Assembly: GCF_963921235.1 (NCBI RefSeq)
Contig: NC_086097.1
Span: 148,430,001 to 148,494,000, forward strand
Length of the DNA stretch: 64,000 nt
Direction: 5' to 3'
From: Mobula hypostoma
Taxonomy: Eukaryota
Below the pieces are notes generated by a model. The model saw only the letters and a list, made by a program, of their open reading frames with translations. It was not told where the DNA came from and ran no database searches. Position numbers and translations under genes: made by a program. Positions 39,666-53,019 of the stretch are shown piece after piece (the stretch's first letter is position 1; every line of letters begins with the position of its first letter).

Positions 39666-41124
39666 TGGTTCTTGCACATGTATTGTCAATGTTAACTGGA
39701 AATATATTGTCAATGACGTTCCTTGTATTCCTTATTACGTTCCTTTTGCACTTGATTCTCCTAGTGGTTTCTCAATTTTTCACCATTTACCTGCTGTTAC
39801 AAAATGGATACTAAAGGAGGCATGGCTATCCAGCACCATAAAATGTACAACAATTGCCAAATACTGCAACACCTCTTCAGCGCTGCTCGGGGAACAGATT
39901 TGTTCCTTAATGATCTTTTCAAGAATACTTTGAGTAGTGCATGAATATACTGTAGTTTTTGAAGATGTAACTAGTAACATGATTAAAGGGGAACCAGTGA
40001 AAGCAACACAAACAAAACCAGAGGCAATCAAATAATACAAGATGTATATTATATTTTCCTCTTACTGAGTGAAAAGTATCTTGCATGACTGATTGATGGA
40101 TATTTTAGAGAAATATTGTAATTGATATTTTCATCAGATTAGATTTTATGCAGGGTGAAGAAAATGTGCTTTAGGCATTGAAGCCAATTGAATTACGAGT
40201 ACTTTGAAAACACAGAGTAATTGGCAGTTTTAGTGCCAAGTAGCATAAGAGATTGACGGGTCATTTAAACAAATGGAAGGGCAGGACACTAAAGTAGATA
40301 CCGTGACAATATTTTAAATAGACTGAGTAATCGCTTTATAAAAGTGGATTTAGTTTGTATAAAACTGACAGAAACTGGTATTTAAAAAATAGATGAGTGA
40401 ACAAGTAAATGAGCAACTGATATTTCAAAGTCTGCTTCCAAAGTGAATCTTCATTGACTGAAGCAACATACAAGGCACATATATACCACATTACTGTGCA
40501 TTAAGCACGTGTATTCAAGGATGCATATCTACATGATGGATGCCTCTTAACAGGAACCTATATCCACAGGTCAATAAATAGCCCTGAATTAAGCCTAACC
40601 CCTCTTAAGCACTATGAGAGTTAACAATGATCACATGGCCTCTGATAGTTCCTCTACAACTGCTGTTCGAGGGACCCTTAAGTATTCAATTGACCAGATC
40701 CCATAGTCCTTTGCACTTAAATACTCTACAAGGCAGAGACTGATGATTGAAATATTGAACAGCTACAGGTAAACAAGAAAGTAAGCAATCTCTATAATTG
40801 TCCCATGCAAAGGCAGGAGATGCAATAGGTTTCCATCAACTTCTTTCCATATCACTCCACATCGCTTCCTTCTGATACACTGCTCCTGGGAGTGTTGATA
40901 CTGAACAAAGTTATACAGCAATTATAGGAATGAGGGGGGAATCAGAAGATATATGTTTGAGGATCCCGGGTAGGCTGGTAAAGAATGTTTTGCAGATGAG
41001 GTTTGATCTTTGTGCAAGGAGGGCACATAGATCCTTCAGGACATGAGTTGCAGCAGGAAGGTTTTCAACAAGACAGAAGAGTATGACAGGCCAAATCCTC
41101 TTGAGCATGGAGTTTGAGCGACCT

Positions 41125-41470
41125 CCGTAATAAAACGGTGAACAGCAGTCTGAGGTGTGACAGGGAACAGCTGAATGATCTAGGTCCAGGAGCCATCTAC
41201 AGCAAAGCACTCCAGGCATTCCTGCCACTGTCTGTAAGGAGTTGGTATGTTCTCCCCATGACCATGTCCGTTTCCTCTAGCTGCTCCAGTTTCCTCCCAC
41301 ATTCCAAAGATGTATGGGCTAGTGTTTGCAAGTTTGCATGCTATGTTGGTGCCAGAAGCACAGCAAGTCTTGCAGGCTGCTTCCAGCACATCCTTGCACT
41401 GCTTTGGTCAATGTCACTAAATGGAACATTTCATTACACTGTATGTTTTGATGTACATGTGATAAACAAA
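41125..41470 (+). mobile_element. V-SINE-like element
   Basis: ctccagtttcctcccacattccaaagatgt core. Confidence 0.7.
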
Positions 41471-42003
41471 GCTCAAAGCTCAAAGTTCAAAGTAAAACTT
41501 ACTATCAGAGTATCACCACATACAACCCAGAAATTCTTTTTTCTGTGGGCATACTTAGCAAATCTATAGAACAGTAACTGTAAATTGTAAACATCTGGAA
41601 CTGTAAGCTGAGAAGAAACTGTGCAAATGCAGATATGAGTAAATAGCAATAAATAATGAGCATGAAACACCAATATAACAGAGTCCTTAAATGAGTGTAG
41701 CTATCCCCTTTTGTTCAAGAGCCTGATGACTGAGGGGAAGTAATTGTTCTTATACCTGGTGGAGCAAGTCCTGAGGCATTTGTACCCTTCTACCTGATGG
41801 CAGCAGTGAGAAAAGAGCATGGCGTGAGTGGTGAGGATCCTTGATGATGGATGCTGTTTTTCTGTGGCAATATTTCATGTAGATGTGCTCAATGGTTGGG
41901 AGGGTTTTACCCATTATGTACTAGGCCAAATCAATTACTTTTTGCGGGACTTTCTGCTCAAAGGCATTGGTGTTCCCATACCAGGCCTTTCTGCAGCCAG
42001 TGT
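41471..42003 (-). mobile_element. Rex1/Babar 3' fragment
   Basis: (ttcaaag)n-type tail; cctgatggcagcagtgagaaaagagcatgg motif. Confidence 0.8.
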
Positions 42004-43138
42004 GAATGATGACTTTTAATTAGTATGATTTTAGTGGAAATATGATTAGTAAAACCTGGTGGTAAGAAAGAATAGTCAACCTAGAAATTTATCACATCTG
42101 AAAATAGTGATATAAACTTGAAAAAAAAAGCATGGAGTGCAGCAACTTGTCCACGTTTCTGGTACCTTGGTACATCATTAATGTTGCACAGTACACTTAA
42201 TTTTGAGTGAGATATTTTGATATGATTGCACTGTTACTCTAAAGTCAAAGTCACTTAAATAATATCAGCTGTTCTGCCATCTCCAAAATTTATCATTTGA
42301 GAATTTCCTCTACATCTGTTTGAAAAAAAATCACAAAGAACTAACCGTTTCTGACTTTTAAATGGCTAGAACCAGGTTATAGGACCAATCAGAGGGATTC
42401 TGCATTCATTGGCAGAGTACTGCACAGCACCGTGGACTTATAATGTCATCATTCATTGTGAAACAGTCAATCACAGCCAACTTAAAAATCAGGCATACTA
42501 CAACTTGAAAGGATTTCCAAGAAGCTACTCAGCTTGAAAAAGATTGGACTTTCTCTCTCAAACTGTGGCCCAAAGTCCCCAGCCCAGTTCTCTGTCTCAC
42601 CTTAACATAGCAAAGAGATATTTCTCAGAACTACGTCCATTCATCAGCAACACCTAAGTGCAATTATGAAGAAAGCACAGCAGCGTCTCTACTTCCTTAA
42701 GAGTTTGCGGAGATTAGTGCGTGACAAACCTCTACAGATGTGTGGTGGAGAGTATATTGACTGGCTGAATCACAGTCTGGTATGGAAACACTAATGCTCT
42801 TGAATGGAAAATCCTACAAAAAGTTGTGATTATGACTCAGTCCATCACAGATAAAGCCTCCTAACCACTAAGCACACGTATATGAAGCGCTGTCGCAGGA
42901 AAGCAGCATCCATCATTAGGGACATCCACCATGCAGGACATGCTTTCTTCTCACTGCTGCCATCAGGAAGGAGGAACAGGAGCCTCAGGACTCACACCAC
43001 CAGGTTCAGGAACAGTTACAACCCCTCAACCATCAGGCTCTTGAAGCAAAGGGCATAACTTCACTCAACTTCACATACCCCATCATTGAGATGTTCCCAC
43101 AATCAATGGATTCACTTTCAAGGACTCTTCATCTCATG

Positions 43139-44800
43139 TAGAAACATAGAACATAGAAAACCTACAGCATAATACAGGCCCTTCAGCCCACAAAGCTGTG
43201 CCAAGCATGTCCTTACCTTAGAAATTACCTAGGGTTACCCATAGCCCTCTATTTTTCTAAGCTCCATATATCTATTCAGGAGTCTCTTAAAAGACCCTAT
43301 CGTATCTGCCTCCACCACCATCACCGGCAGGCCACTCCACGCACTCACCACTCTTTGCGTAAAAAACTTACCCCTGACATCTCCTCTGTACCTACTTCTG
43401 AGCACCTTAAAACTGTGCCCTCTCGTGCTAGCCATCTCAGCCCTAGGAAAAAGCCTCTGACTATCCACACGATCAGTGCCTCTCATCATCTTATATACCT
43501 CTAGCAGGTCACCTCTCATCCTCCATCGCTCCAAGGAGAAAAGGTTGAGTTCACTCAACCTGTTCTCATAAGGCATGCTCCTCAATCCAGACAACATCCT
43601 TGTAAATCTCCTCTGCACCCTTCTCTAGTTTCCACATCCTTCCTGTAGTGAGGCGACCAGAACTGAGCACAGTACTACAAGTGGGGTCTGACTAGAATCC
43701 TATATAGCTGCAACATTACCTCTTGGCTCCTAAACTCAGCCCCCACGATTGATGAAGGCCAATGCACCGTATGCTTTCTTAACCACAGAGTAAACCTGCT
43801 CAATAGCTTTGAGTATCCTATGAACTCAGACACCAGATCCCTCTGATCCTCCATACTGCCGAGAGTCTTACCATTAATACTACATTCTGCCGTTATATTT
43901 GACCTACCAAAATGAACCACCTCACACTTACCTGGGATGAACTCCATCTACCACTTCTCAGCCCAGTTTTGCATCCTATCAATGTCCCGCTGTAACCTCT
44001 GACAGCCCTCCACACTATCCACAACACCTCCAAATTCTGTGTCATCAGCAAATTTACTAACCCATCCCTCCGCTTCCTCATCCAGGTCATTTATAAAAAT
44101 CATGAAGGGTAGAGGTCCCAGAACAGATCCCTGAGTCACACCACTGGTCACTGACCTCCATGCAGAATATGACCCGTCTACAACCACTCCTTGCCTTCTG
44201 TGGGCAAGCCAGATCTGGATCCACAAAGCAATGTCCCCTTGGATCCCATGCCTCCTTACTTTCTCAATAAGCCTTGCATGGGATACCTTATCAAATGCCT
44301 TGCTGAAATCCATATATACTACATCTACTGCTCTACCTTCATCAATGTGTTTAGTTACAACCTCAAAAAATTCAATCAGGCTCGTAAGGCACGACCTGCC
44401 TTTGAGAAAGCCATGCTGACAATTCCTAATCATATTATACCTCTCCAAATGTTCATAAATCCTGCCTCTCAGGATCTTCTCCATCAACTTACCAACCACT
44501 GAAGTAAGACTCACTTGTCTATAATTTCCTGGGCTATCTCTACTCCCCTTCTTGAATAAGGGAACAACATCTGCAACCCTCCAGTCCTCTGGAACCTCTC
44601 CAGTCCTCATTGATGATGCAAAGATCATTGCCAGAGACTCAGCAATCTCCTCCCTGGGGTACATCTCGTCCGGTCCTGGTGACTTATCCAACTTGATGCT
44701 TTCCAAAAGCTCCAGCACATCCTCTTTCTTAATAACTACATGCTCAAGCTTTTCAGTCCACTGTAAGTCATTCCTACAATCGCTAAGATCCTTTTCCGTA
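43139..44800 (-). mobile_element. 5'-truncated CR1 LINE (RT and C-terminus)
   Basis: ORFs 43948-44880 (KSPGPD, YMDFSKAFD, FADDT) and 43235-43618; (atagaa)n tail. Confidence 0.95.
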
Positions 44801-44962
44801 GTGTTCTCAATACTCATTGCTGATTTATTTACTGTTATTGTTTTGTCTTTTGCATTTGCACCATTTGTTGTCTTCTGCACTCTGGTTGAACAACCTAGTT
44901 GTGTGGTCTTTTATTGATTCTGTTATAGTTATTAATCTATAGATTTGTTAAATATGTCCCAA

Positions 44963-46203
44963 GAATCAGAATCAGAATCAGGTTTATTATCACCGAAATG
45001 TGACGTGAAATTTGTTAACTTAGCAGCAGCAGTTCAGTGCAATACATAATCTAGCAGAGAGTGAAAAAAAATAAATAAAATAAAACATAATAATAAATAA
45101 ACAAGTAAATCAATTACGTATATTGAATAGATTATTTTAAAATGTGTAAAAACAGAAGAAAATATTTAATAAGTATTAGAAAGAATATTTTAAAAAGTTA
45201 GTTAGTGTCCAAAGCTTCAAAGTCCATTCTGGAATCAGATGGCAGAGGGGAAGAAGCTGTTCCTGAATCGCTGTGTGTGTTCCTTCAGGCTTCTGTACCT
45301 TTTACCTGATGGTAACAGTGAGAAAAGGGCATGCCCTGGGTGCTGGAGGTCCTTAATAATGGACGCTGCCTTTCTGAGACACTGCTCCCTAAAGATGTCC
45401 TGGGTACTTGGTAGGCTAGATGGAGCTAACTAGATTTATAACTCTCTGCAGCTTCCTTCCGTCCTGTGCAGTAGCCCCTCCATACCAGACCGTGATGCAG
45501 CCTGTCAGAATGCTCTCCACAGTACATCTATAGAAGTTTTTGAGTGTATTTGTTGACATGCCAAATCACTTCAAACTCCCAATAAAGCATAGCCACTGTC
45601 TTGTCTTCTTTATGACTACATCAGTGTTTTGGGACCAGGTTAGATCCTCAGTGATCTTGACAGGAACTTGAAGCTACTCACTCTCTCCTCTTCTGATCCC
45701 TCTATGAAGATTGGTATGTGTTCCTTTATCTTACCCTTCCTGAAGTCCACAGTCAGCTCTTTTGTCTTACTGACATTGAGTGCCAGGTTGTTGCTGCGGC
45801 ACCATTCCACTAGTTGGCATATCTCACTCCTGTACACCCTCTCGTCACCACCTGAGATTCTACCAACAATGGTTGTATCGTCAGCAAATTTGTAGATGGT
45901 ATTTGAGCTGTGCCTAGCCACACAGTCATGTGTATATAGAGAGTAGAGCAGTGGGCTAAGAACATACCCCTGAGGTGCGCCAGTGTTGATCTTCAGCGAG
46001 GAGGATATGTTATCACCAATCCACACAGACTGTGGTCTTCAAGTTAGGAAGTCGAGGATCCAATTACAGAGGGAGATACAGAGGCCCAGGTTCTGCAACT
46101 TCTCAGTCATGGTATTAAATGCTGAGCTATAGCCGATGAACAGCATCCTGATGTAGGTGTTCGTGTTGTGTAGGTGGTCTAAAGCCGTGTGAAGAGCCAT
46201 GCG
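44963..46203 (-). mobile_element. Younger Rex1/Babar LINE, 5'-truncated
   Basis: ORF TGAPQGYVLSPLLYSLYTHDC...KFADDTTIVG...EWCRSNNLALNVSKTKE; (agaatc)n tail. Confidence 0.9.
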
Positions 46204-46450
46204 AAGAAAATGAATCTCAGAGTTATCTATGATGACAAAAATGTACTTTAATAATAAATTTATTTTGAACTTTGAACTTTGATCTTTGAAAACCCAGCTT
46301 TCTGAAAATGTGAATGTTATTCCTCATTGTCAACAGTGCCTTCACTTTAAACACTGTTACCTGCTGAATCATAAATTAATCTCAAGCTAAACAGTAGTTT
46401 GTCCTATCTGCAAACCTTAGCATTGCTCATCAAATTATTTAAGAAAACCT

Positions 46451-47707
46451 GTGATTTGGCAAGGAAGGAAACCTAGAATTCGATATAACACTTTACAGTT
46501 AGGGAAGGAAAGAGGAGGTATGGTTCTTCCTTGCCTGAGAAATTATTTTTATGCCTCACAGATAACCCCTCTGTTATATTGGTGTAATAGGGAATATAAG
46601 GCTAGATGGAAGGAAATAGAATTTGGATTAGTTGACAGTTTTCCTCTTCAGGCCTCAATAGCTGACAAAGGATTGATGGCCCAGTTGGAAAAATTTAATA
46701 ATGCTTGGATAAATCTTACATTAAAAGTATGGCAGAAGGTGGTTAATTCATGTGGAATTAATAACATGCTAAAACTCTTTAGATGGTGTGCATATGATAC
46801 CGAATTCCTTCCCAACAGAGGAGATAAAAGATTTGAGCTATGGGTAAAGAAAGGTCTTACAACCTACCTCTCATTTATAGATAAAAGAGTATTACAAAGG
46901 TTCCAAATCCTGCAGGACAAACATGGCCTAGAACATAATGACTTTTTTAGGTGCCTTCAAATACGAAACTATGTTAACCAGAGTTGTAGATATACAGACC
47001 TATCAACAGTAGAATTAGAATTTTTCAAGATTCTGAATTCGGCTTGCAGTTCAATACCTAGTAAGTCAGTTTCTCGCCTATATAATGCACTCTCCCATGC
47101 TAAAAATGTAAATACACTGTATATTATAGAGAAGTGGGAGAAAGAAGCGGGGTTGGTACTTTCAGAGGAGGCTTGGGGGAAAATCTGCAGCTTTCAATGG
47201 TCCTCGACTAATTCTTTGACTTGGAGAGAACATTGTTGGAAAAACATTATAAGATACTTCAAGACCCCATATCAGGAAAAATATAAAGATACAAATGTGA
47301 TGTGTTGGAGAAGGTGCGGCTCTAAGGAGGCAAATCATTTTCATATTTTCTGGGATTGCCCTAAATTAAGTCTATTTTGGGAAGGTATTCATAGAACATT
47401 AGTTAAGGTACTTAGGTCCCAGATACCTCTGAACTTTGAGACGCTCTATTTGGGGCATGTATTGTTCCTTGAACAGAAGGAAGATATAAAGTTGCTGCAG
47501 GCCCTCTTAGCGGCAAGTAAGAAATCAATCACTAGAAAATGGCTAAATCCAATACCACCTACATTAGAAGATTGGTACGAAATTATCTTGGAAATATTTA
47601 AAATGGAAAAGTTGACCTACTCCCTGAGAACTCAAAAAGAAACATTTTATCAAATCTGGAATAAATGGATTGAATATATAACCCCAATGCGAGCAGACTT
47701 TAGATGA
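46451..47707 (+). CDS. L1 ORF2 C-terminal portion (post-RT region and CCHC knuckle), open but 5'-truncated
   Basis: IWQGRKPRI...KERGGMVLP...CWRRCGSKEANHFHIFWDC; 418 aa without stops. Confidence 0.85.
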   Translation: MIWQGRKPRIRYNTLQLGKERGGMVLPCLRNYFYASQITPLLYWCNREYKARWKEIEFGLVDSFPLQASIADKGLMAQLEKFNNAWINLTLKVWQKVVNSCGINNMLKLFRWCAYDTEFLPNRGDKRFELWVKKGLTTYLSFIDKRVLQRFQILQDKHGLEHNDFFRCLQIRNYVNQSCRYTDLSTVELEFFKILNSACSSIPSKSVSRLYNALSHAKNVNTLYIIEKWEKEAGLVLSEEAWGKICSFQWSSTNSLTWREHCWKNIIRYFKTPYQEKYKDTNVMCWRRCGSKEANHFHIFWDCPKLSLFWEGIHRTLVKVLRSQIPLNFETLYLGHVLFLEQKEDIKLLQALLAASKKSITRKWLNPIPPTLEDWYEIILEIFKMEKLTYSLRTQKETFYQIWNKWIEYITPMRADFR

Positions 47708-48262
47708 CTCTCCTAATGATTTATATTGCTCTTCTCATCAACACAGTAATATTGCTAACGTAAGCACCCCTAGTCTAAATGTTTGTTGTTGTTTTTTTTT
47801 GGAAAATAGAGAATTAACACAAGTAAAGGGAAAGATTTGGGAAAGGGATAAAAAAAATGAAAAAATTAAGTAAATAAGTACATAGGGATTGGATAATTAT
47901 GTCTGCGGGCAGGAACAAGCACGAACAAATTGGGATATAAACACCTACAATGGTTGGTATATAGGCTTGTATGCAACATTTTGGACCAGTGGAAATGGTC
48001 CAGAAGGGTTGTATGGAAACTATTATTACCATTTTTCTTAACAACTAATTTCATTACTTAGCCTAATAGGTTAGATTTACCACAGTACATAATTATCTAT
48101 TTAAATGTTTATTTTGCTTTTATATCATCTCAATGTGTACTTAAGAATGTATAAATAATTGTAGTTTTATACATATAAAAAAATGGAAAAGGTTATATGT
48201 GTGAAAAAAGTACATGATAATTGTGAACTCCTTATCCAAATAAAAATAAAATTAAAAAAAAA
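46456..48262 (+). mobile_element. Young 5'-truncated L1-clade LINE with 3' UTR and poly(A)
   Basis: Perfect 15-bp TSD aagaaaacctgtgat (46441-46455, 48261-48275); AATAAA and A-rich tail; TT/AAGAAAA target. Confidence 0.92.
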
Positions 48263-49159
48263 GAAAACCTGTGATATTTAAAGGTAGAACAATAATAAGT
48301 TAAACACGACCATTTAATAGGACATTAGAACTCATCTGCTTCTATAATAGAGCAGCCCATTGGCATATCAGCCTAAAAGTAAGAATACAGTAAATGCTGG
48401 AAATAAGAACTAAAATAGAAAGGCCACATGCATTCAGCATCTGTATTCATGATGTATGCCAGTGATAATGAACCAGATTCTGATTTGATTTAGATACTGA
48501 TTCTGAGAAAAGCAGAGTTAATATTTGGCATATCAATCTATTCAGTTATGGACTTAACTTCCCTGTTTAACAGTGTTCTTGTGGGGAGGGACTCTACAAA
48601 AAAAACGTGTGCTTCAAATGGATATACCAAGTTCTTCCCTTTTGTTATTTTTCAAACAACAATTATTTTTCAGAAGGTATAAGATATAACATGATCTGAT
48701 GTTAGGCATCTTCCCGTGAAATGTGGATGGATCATCGTCACATTTGCAAAGGCATCTCAACACACCGGTTACTAACCTTGCCTCTGGCATTACACTCTTC
48801 ATGGCATTACTGTGTACGTCTGTGCTCTCTTACAATTTCTGTGGGACTAGATTGCTATTATATCCTTTTTCTCTGCATGACTGAACTACTACTGATATAA
48901 CGTCGTGTTCTAAGAGAGCCAAGCAATATCAGACAGCTTTTGCAGCATCTGTACTTTCTGTATGTCGACTTGATAACGTAGCTTGGATAATTCCATGTCT
49001 CCTCCTGATTAGATATCCCAGAGTGACTTCACACAGCCAGGCTGACTAGTATTTACTTTGAATGAACACAGAAAGATGATCTCAGAAATGGAGAAGCATC
49101 TGCTGAGGGACTTTATATGCTTAGACCAGATGGACATGGGTGCAAATTGCATTCATTTG

Positions 49160-49415
49160 AAAACGCAAGACTGCAGATGATAGAATCTGGAGAGAAAAAA
49201 AAGATGGAGGAACTCAGCAGATCAAGTAACATCGGTGGATCCAAAGGAGTGGTTGACGTCTCAGGTCTGCACCCTGCATCAGGTCTGAGAGTGATGATGA
49301 TTGAAAATTTCAGGTCCAATGTGGGCTCCTGATTTAAAGCATCAACCATCCCTTTACTTCCTCAGATGCTTCCTGACACACTAAGTTACTCCAGCAATTT
49401 GGTTTTTGCTCCATC
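49160..49415. mobile_element. Degraded miniature fold-back Penelope-like element
   Basis: ctgcagatg..ggaggaactcagc..gacgtctcaggtc..catcagg (reverse terminus) followed by agatgct..ctccagcaa (forward terminus). Confidence 0.55.
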
Positions 49416-49715
49416 TATCTAAATATGCATTCACCTTGAGCTTTGAAGTGACAGCAGCAAAAGCTTTTGTCTGAAGTACCTGGGTTACATAAGAATAAGG
49501 AACTGAGGATGGAAAGCAGAATCCGTAGGTAATGCACATGAGGCACACAACAACTTTAATTCAGCTTAAGGAAACTTACTGAAATAATGAATCAAAATGC
49601 ATTCTCCAAAGTTCCTCTCAGTTCCAGTGCTTTTCTATCCAACTTTTGAAGCTTTATCACCACATTGCAATGCTGTTATCTGGTTGGCTTCACGATACAG
49701 ACCTACACTCAGGGT

Positions 49716-49883
49716 ACACACATAAAAAATGCGGGTGAATGCAGCAGGCCAGGCAGCATCAGTAGGAAGAGGTACAGTCGACGTTTCGGGCCGAGACCCT
49801 TTGGGTGCTGCCTGGCCTGCTGCGTTCACCAGCATTTTTTGTGTGTGTTGCTTGAATTTCCAGCGTCTGCAGATTTCCTCGTG
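49716..49883. mobile_element. 168-bp miniature fold-back Penelope-like element
   Basis: Inverted termini homologous to 57911-58000 and 61500-61580; 14-bp TSD cctacactcagggt / cctacgctcagggt. Confidence 0.88.
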
Positions 49884-50179
49884 CCTACGCTCAGGGTGTT
49901 CACAACGAGCTTGTTGTCTTAATGGTCCAGCTCCAGACTGACCTACAGTTGGGGAAAGGACATTTGGTTGCACCAACAAGGACAGGGCCAAGGGTTACAG
50001 GGGAGAACCTGACGTCCTGAGAGGGGATAGGAATTTTAATTACTACATCACTAACTGCATTCTTGGGCATTAGACAGACAACAATGCGAACATCTGATGT
50101 TGTCCAGATTGTGCAGTGGTAGTTAGAGCTACTGGAACCCTTCTTAAATTGTAAAGAAGAAACACAAAAAGAAAAACTG

Positions 50180-50620
50180 TGAAAACATGAGAGAGTGGAG
50201 ATGCTGAAATCTGGAGCAACACACAAGGCGATGGAGGAAATCAATAGGTCAGGCAGCATTTATTGAGGGAAATAGGCAGTCAATATTTCAGGTCAAGGTC
50301 CTTCAAGAGGAGATAGCAGGTATAGAAAGGTGGAAGGGTGGAGCAAGGTGATAGTGAGGTGGTGAAAGGCAGGTGAGGGCAGGTAGAGTGAGAAAAATGT
50401 CAGAAGCTGGGGGATGATAGGTGGAAGTGACAAGAGGCTGAAGATTGCAGAGTCTGATAGGAGAGGGAAATGGAGCATGGAATAAAGAGAGGGAGGTAAG
50501 AAGGGTGAGATGAGTGGAAGGAGTGTGTGGGGAGAGAGGCTGATGGGAGAAGGTGGATTATGAAGAGACAGATGACCAATGGCAGAAAATGATGGACTAT
50601 GATAGAAGAGGAAGGTGTGA
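50180..50620 (-). mobile_element. Penelope-like 3' fragment (purine-rich UTR and terminus)
   Basis: gatgctgaaatctggagcaacacac..ggcagcat..tttcaggtcaag, then a GA-rich tract like 58020-58300. Confidence 0.65.
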
Positions 50621-50799
50621 TAAAGGGCTGAAGAGCACGGTATCTGTCTGCTCTCTGATAGCAGTACCCATGTCCTGCAGAACAACAGGCTGTTAATCCT
50701 TGGTAATTAGCCTGCTGCTGGATTAAAGTTAGTGGAGCATTGAAACAGAAACCTGCTCCTCACATTGCATTTCCATAGTATTGGCATTGTCAATGACAG

Positions 50800-51865
50800 A
50801 AGAGTGAATCAGAGTCAGCATGGTTTCCTTATGGGGAAAACTTGCCTGACAAATCTGTTGGAATTTTTTGAGAAAGTAACAGGTAGATTAGACAAAGGAG
50901 AGTCAGTGGGTGTTATCTGTTTAGATTTTCAGAAGGCCTTTGATAGGTGCTGCGCGTGAGGCTGCTTAACAGGATAAGAGCCTATGGTATTACAGGTAAG
51001 GTACTAATATGGATAGAGGACTGGCTGACTGGCAGGAGGCAAAGAGTGGGAATAAAGCCCAATTTATACTTCTGCTTCAAATATATGCCGTAGGTACGGC
51101 GTAGCTGCGTACCCTCCGCTGTACTCTACGCCGAACCCTACGCCGTAGCCTAACGCGCACCTCTCCCAAAATGTAACTACGTGTCACGGCAACGCAGACC
51201 GCAACAACTGTGATTAGTCCGCTTGGTAGCATCGCATTTCCTCCTAGGCATTTCTGGTTGCTTCTTCTTCTCCGTTATTTCAGAATTGAGAAGAAACTCT
51301 TGTTCAACATTTATTAGCTCCAACTTCAACATGATGCGCTCAGTTTCAATCGCCATTGTTTGAAGTACAGGAAGAAACTCAACACAGTGGCATAGAAACC
51401 CCACTGCCAACTAGTGTTTTGGCAGTGAATTGCAGAGTGATACAGACACACCAACACACGAGTATAAATGCTCACAACAGCGTCAGTCACTTGCATAGGC
51501 TACGGCGTAAGCTATGGCATAGCCCGTACGCACAAGTATAAATCAGCCTTAAAGGGGCCTTTTCTGGTTGGCTTTTCAGGTTATATGTCAATGATTTGGA
51601 TAAAGGAACTGATGGCTTTATTGCCAAGTTTGCGAATGATACAAATATAGGTGAAGGGGGAGCTAATGTTGAAGAAGTAGGGGACCATCAGAAGGACAGA
51701 CATATTGGAGGACTGGGCAAAGTAGCAGATGGAATATAGAGTAGAGAAGTGCATGATTATGCACTTTTGTAGAAGGGAAAAAAGGGGTGGACGGTTTTCT
51801 AAATGGGGAGAAAATTTAAAACTCAGAGGTGCAAAGGGACTTGGGCATCCTTGTGCAAGAGCTTT
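50800..51865 (+). mobile_element. CR1 RT fragment interrupted by a Harbinger MITE
   Basis: [20 protein letters not shown]...LDFQKAFD; KFANDT. Confidence 0.85.
51056..51549. mobile_element. PIF/Harbinger-type MITE
   Basis: TIRs agcccaatttatacttctgc / gcacaagtataaatcagcct; TAA TSD (51053-55, 51550-52); subterminal tacgccgtag repeats; removing it restores CR1 gggaataaagggg. Confidence 0.85.
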
Positions 51866-51885
51866 CACTGAAGTTTAAAATCACC

Positions 51886-52693
51886 TGTAATGCCCTGGTT
51901 ATGATTTTTACCGGTATGCTGTAGGTACTTCATTTTAGCAGTTCTGTAAGAGCAGTCTATTCTGCTTTTAGTATGTTTGGGTTTGAGCGAAAGATAAGGA
52001 GATATATGGCTCAACTTAGGACTGTTGAGTCAACCAATCAGAATGGTGGAATTGAGAGAAGGTTCCGGAGAATGCTAGGTGGAGGGATTTTGGTGATGGA
52101 CACTGCTGTGGGTCAAGGACCTGAGAAGAGACAGGAGGGAAGATGGCTGAGGATGCTGTCTCTGTTGCACAAGGTGCTTGGTGCAAATGAATGGTTTCAA
52201 AGAGGAAAGACAAATACTCCTGTGGGAGAGCCCATTTGTTTGAGGTGGATTTCGAGAAACATTCGAGAGATGGTGTGTGCTTTCATGCAGACCGTGGGTC
52301 CAGTGCAAGAATTAAAGACAACTTCAAGATGAGCTCCAACTTATGTGCACATTTGGACTGGGCTGTAATGGGCTGTTTTATTTTTTTTCCTTTTCTTTAT
52401 CCTACTAACTGTTCAATAAAGCTGACATTTTAAGTATACTTTCTTTATAATGTTATGCAGTGTACAATATGTTACTTATTGGTGATGGGGCAGTATTTAC
52501 ACAGTTTTCGCACAGATTGGGGTTCGGGTGGGCGAGACATTGTAGACACCCAGGTTAGGTGGAATCCAAGTCATATTGACCCTGGACGTATGGAGTCTGA
52601 GAAAGGTGTTTTTCTCACTGCAAAGTCCAGTAGCTGTTAGTGAGGGGCTAATGAGCGGCATCTCTAGAGACGCCCGGGTAAAAAGAGGTTTCA
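51886..52693 (+). mobile_element. Solo LTR (Gypsy-like)
   Basis: TG...CA termini with perfect 4-bp TSD cacc (51882-85, 52694-97); AATAAA at ~52415. Confidence 0.7.
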
Positions 52694-53019
52694 CACCCAT
52701 GACAACTCAAGGTGATTATGCACTGGATTATGTTATAATGCAGCTACACTAATAGCCTTCGCAATGTTCCTTATATTCCTTGAATGTTCGTTACATTCCT
52801 TGAATCTCAAATGCTGCGGCATTTTGGACCCTGGTGGTGTTTGTCTTTGAAGGCCATCTGACTACGTATACATTGGGAGATCCTGTGTCTAGAACATTGA
52901 CCTTGAATGGTATACATATAAATACATGTGCTGCAGTAAGTACCTGGAGTGTTGTACAATTTCCTTGGATTATATCCTGAATTGTAAAGGAAATACAAAT
53001 ATAATGAACTGTTGCAATG

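Larger units (their letters stand above)
42645..46285 (+). mobile_element. Rex1/Babar 3' part (42645-43139, 44802-44962, 46204-46285) split by CR1 and Rex1 insertions
   Basis: KKAQQRLYFL...ESILTG; UTR resumes after each insertion; tail ttttgaactttgaactttg. Confidence 0.8.
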
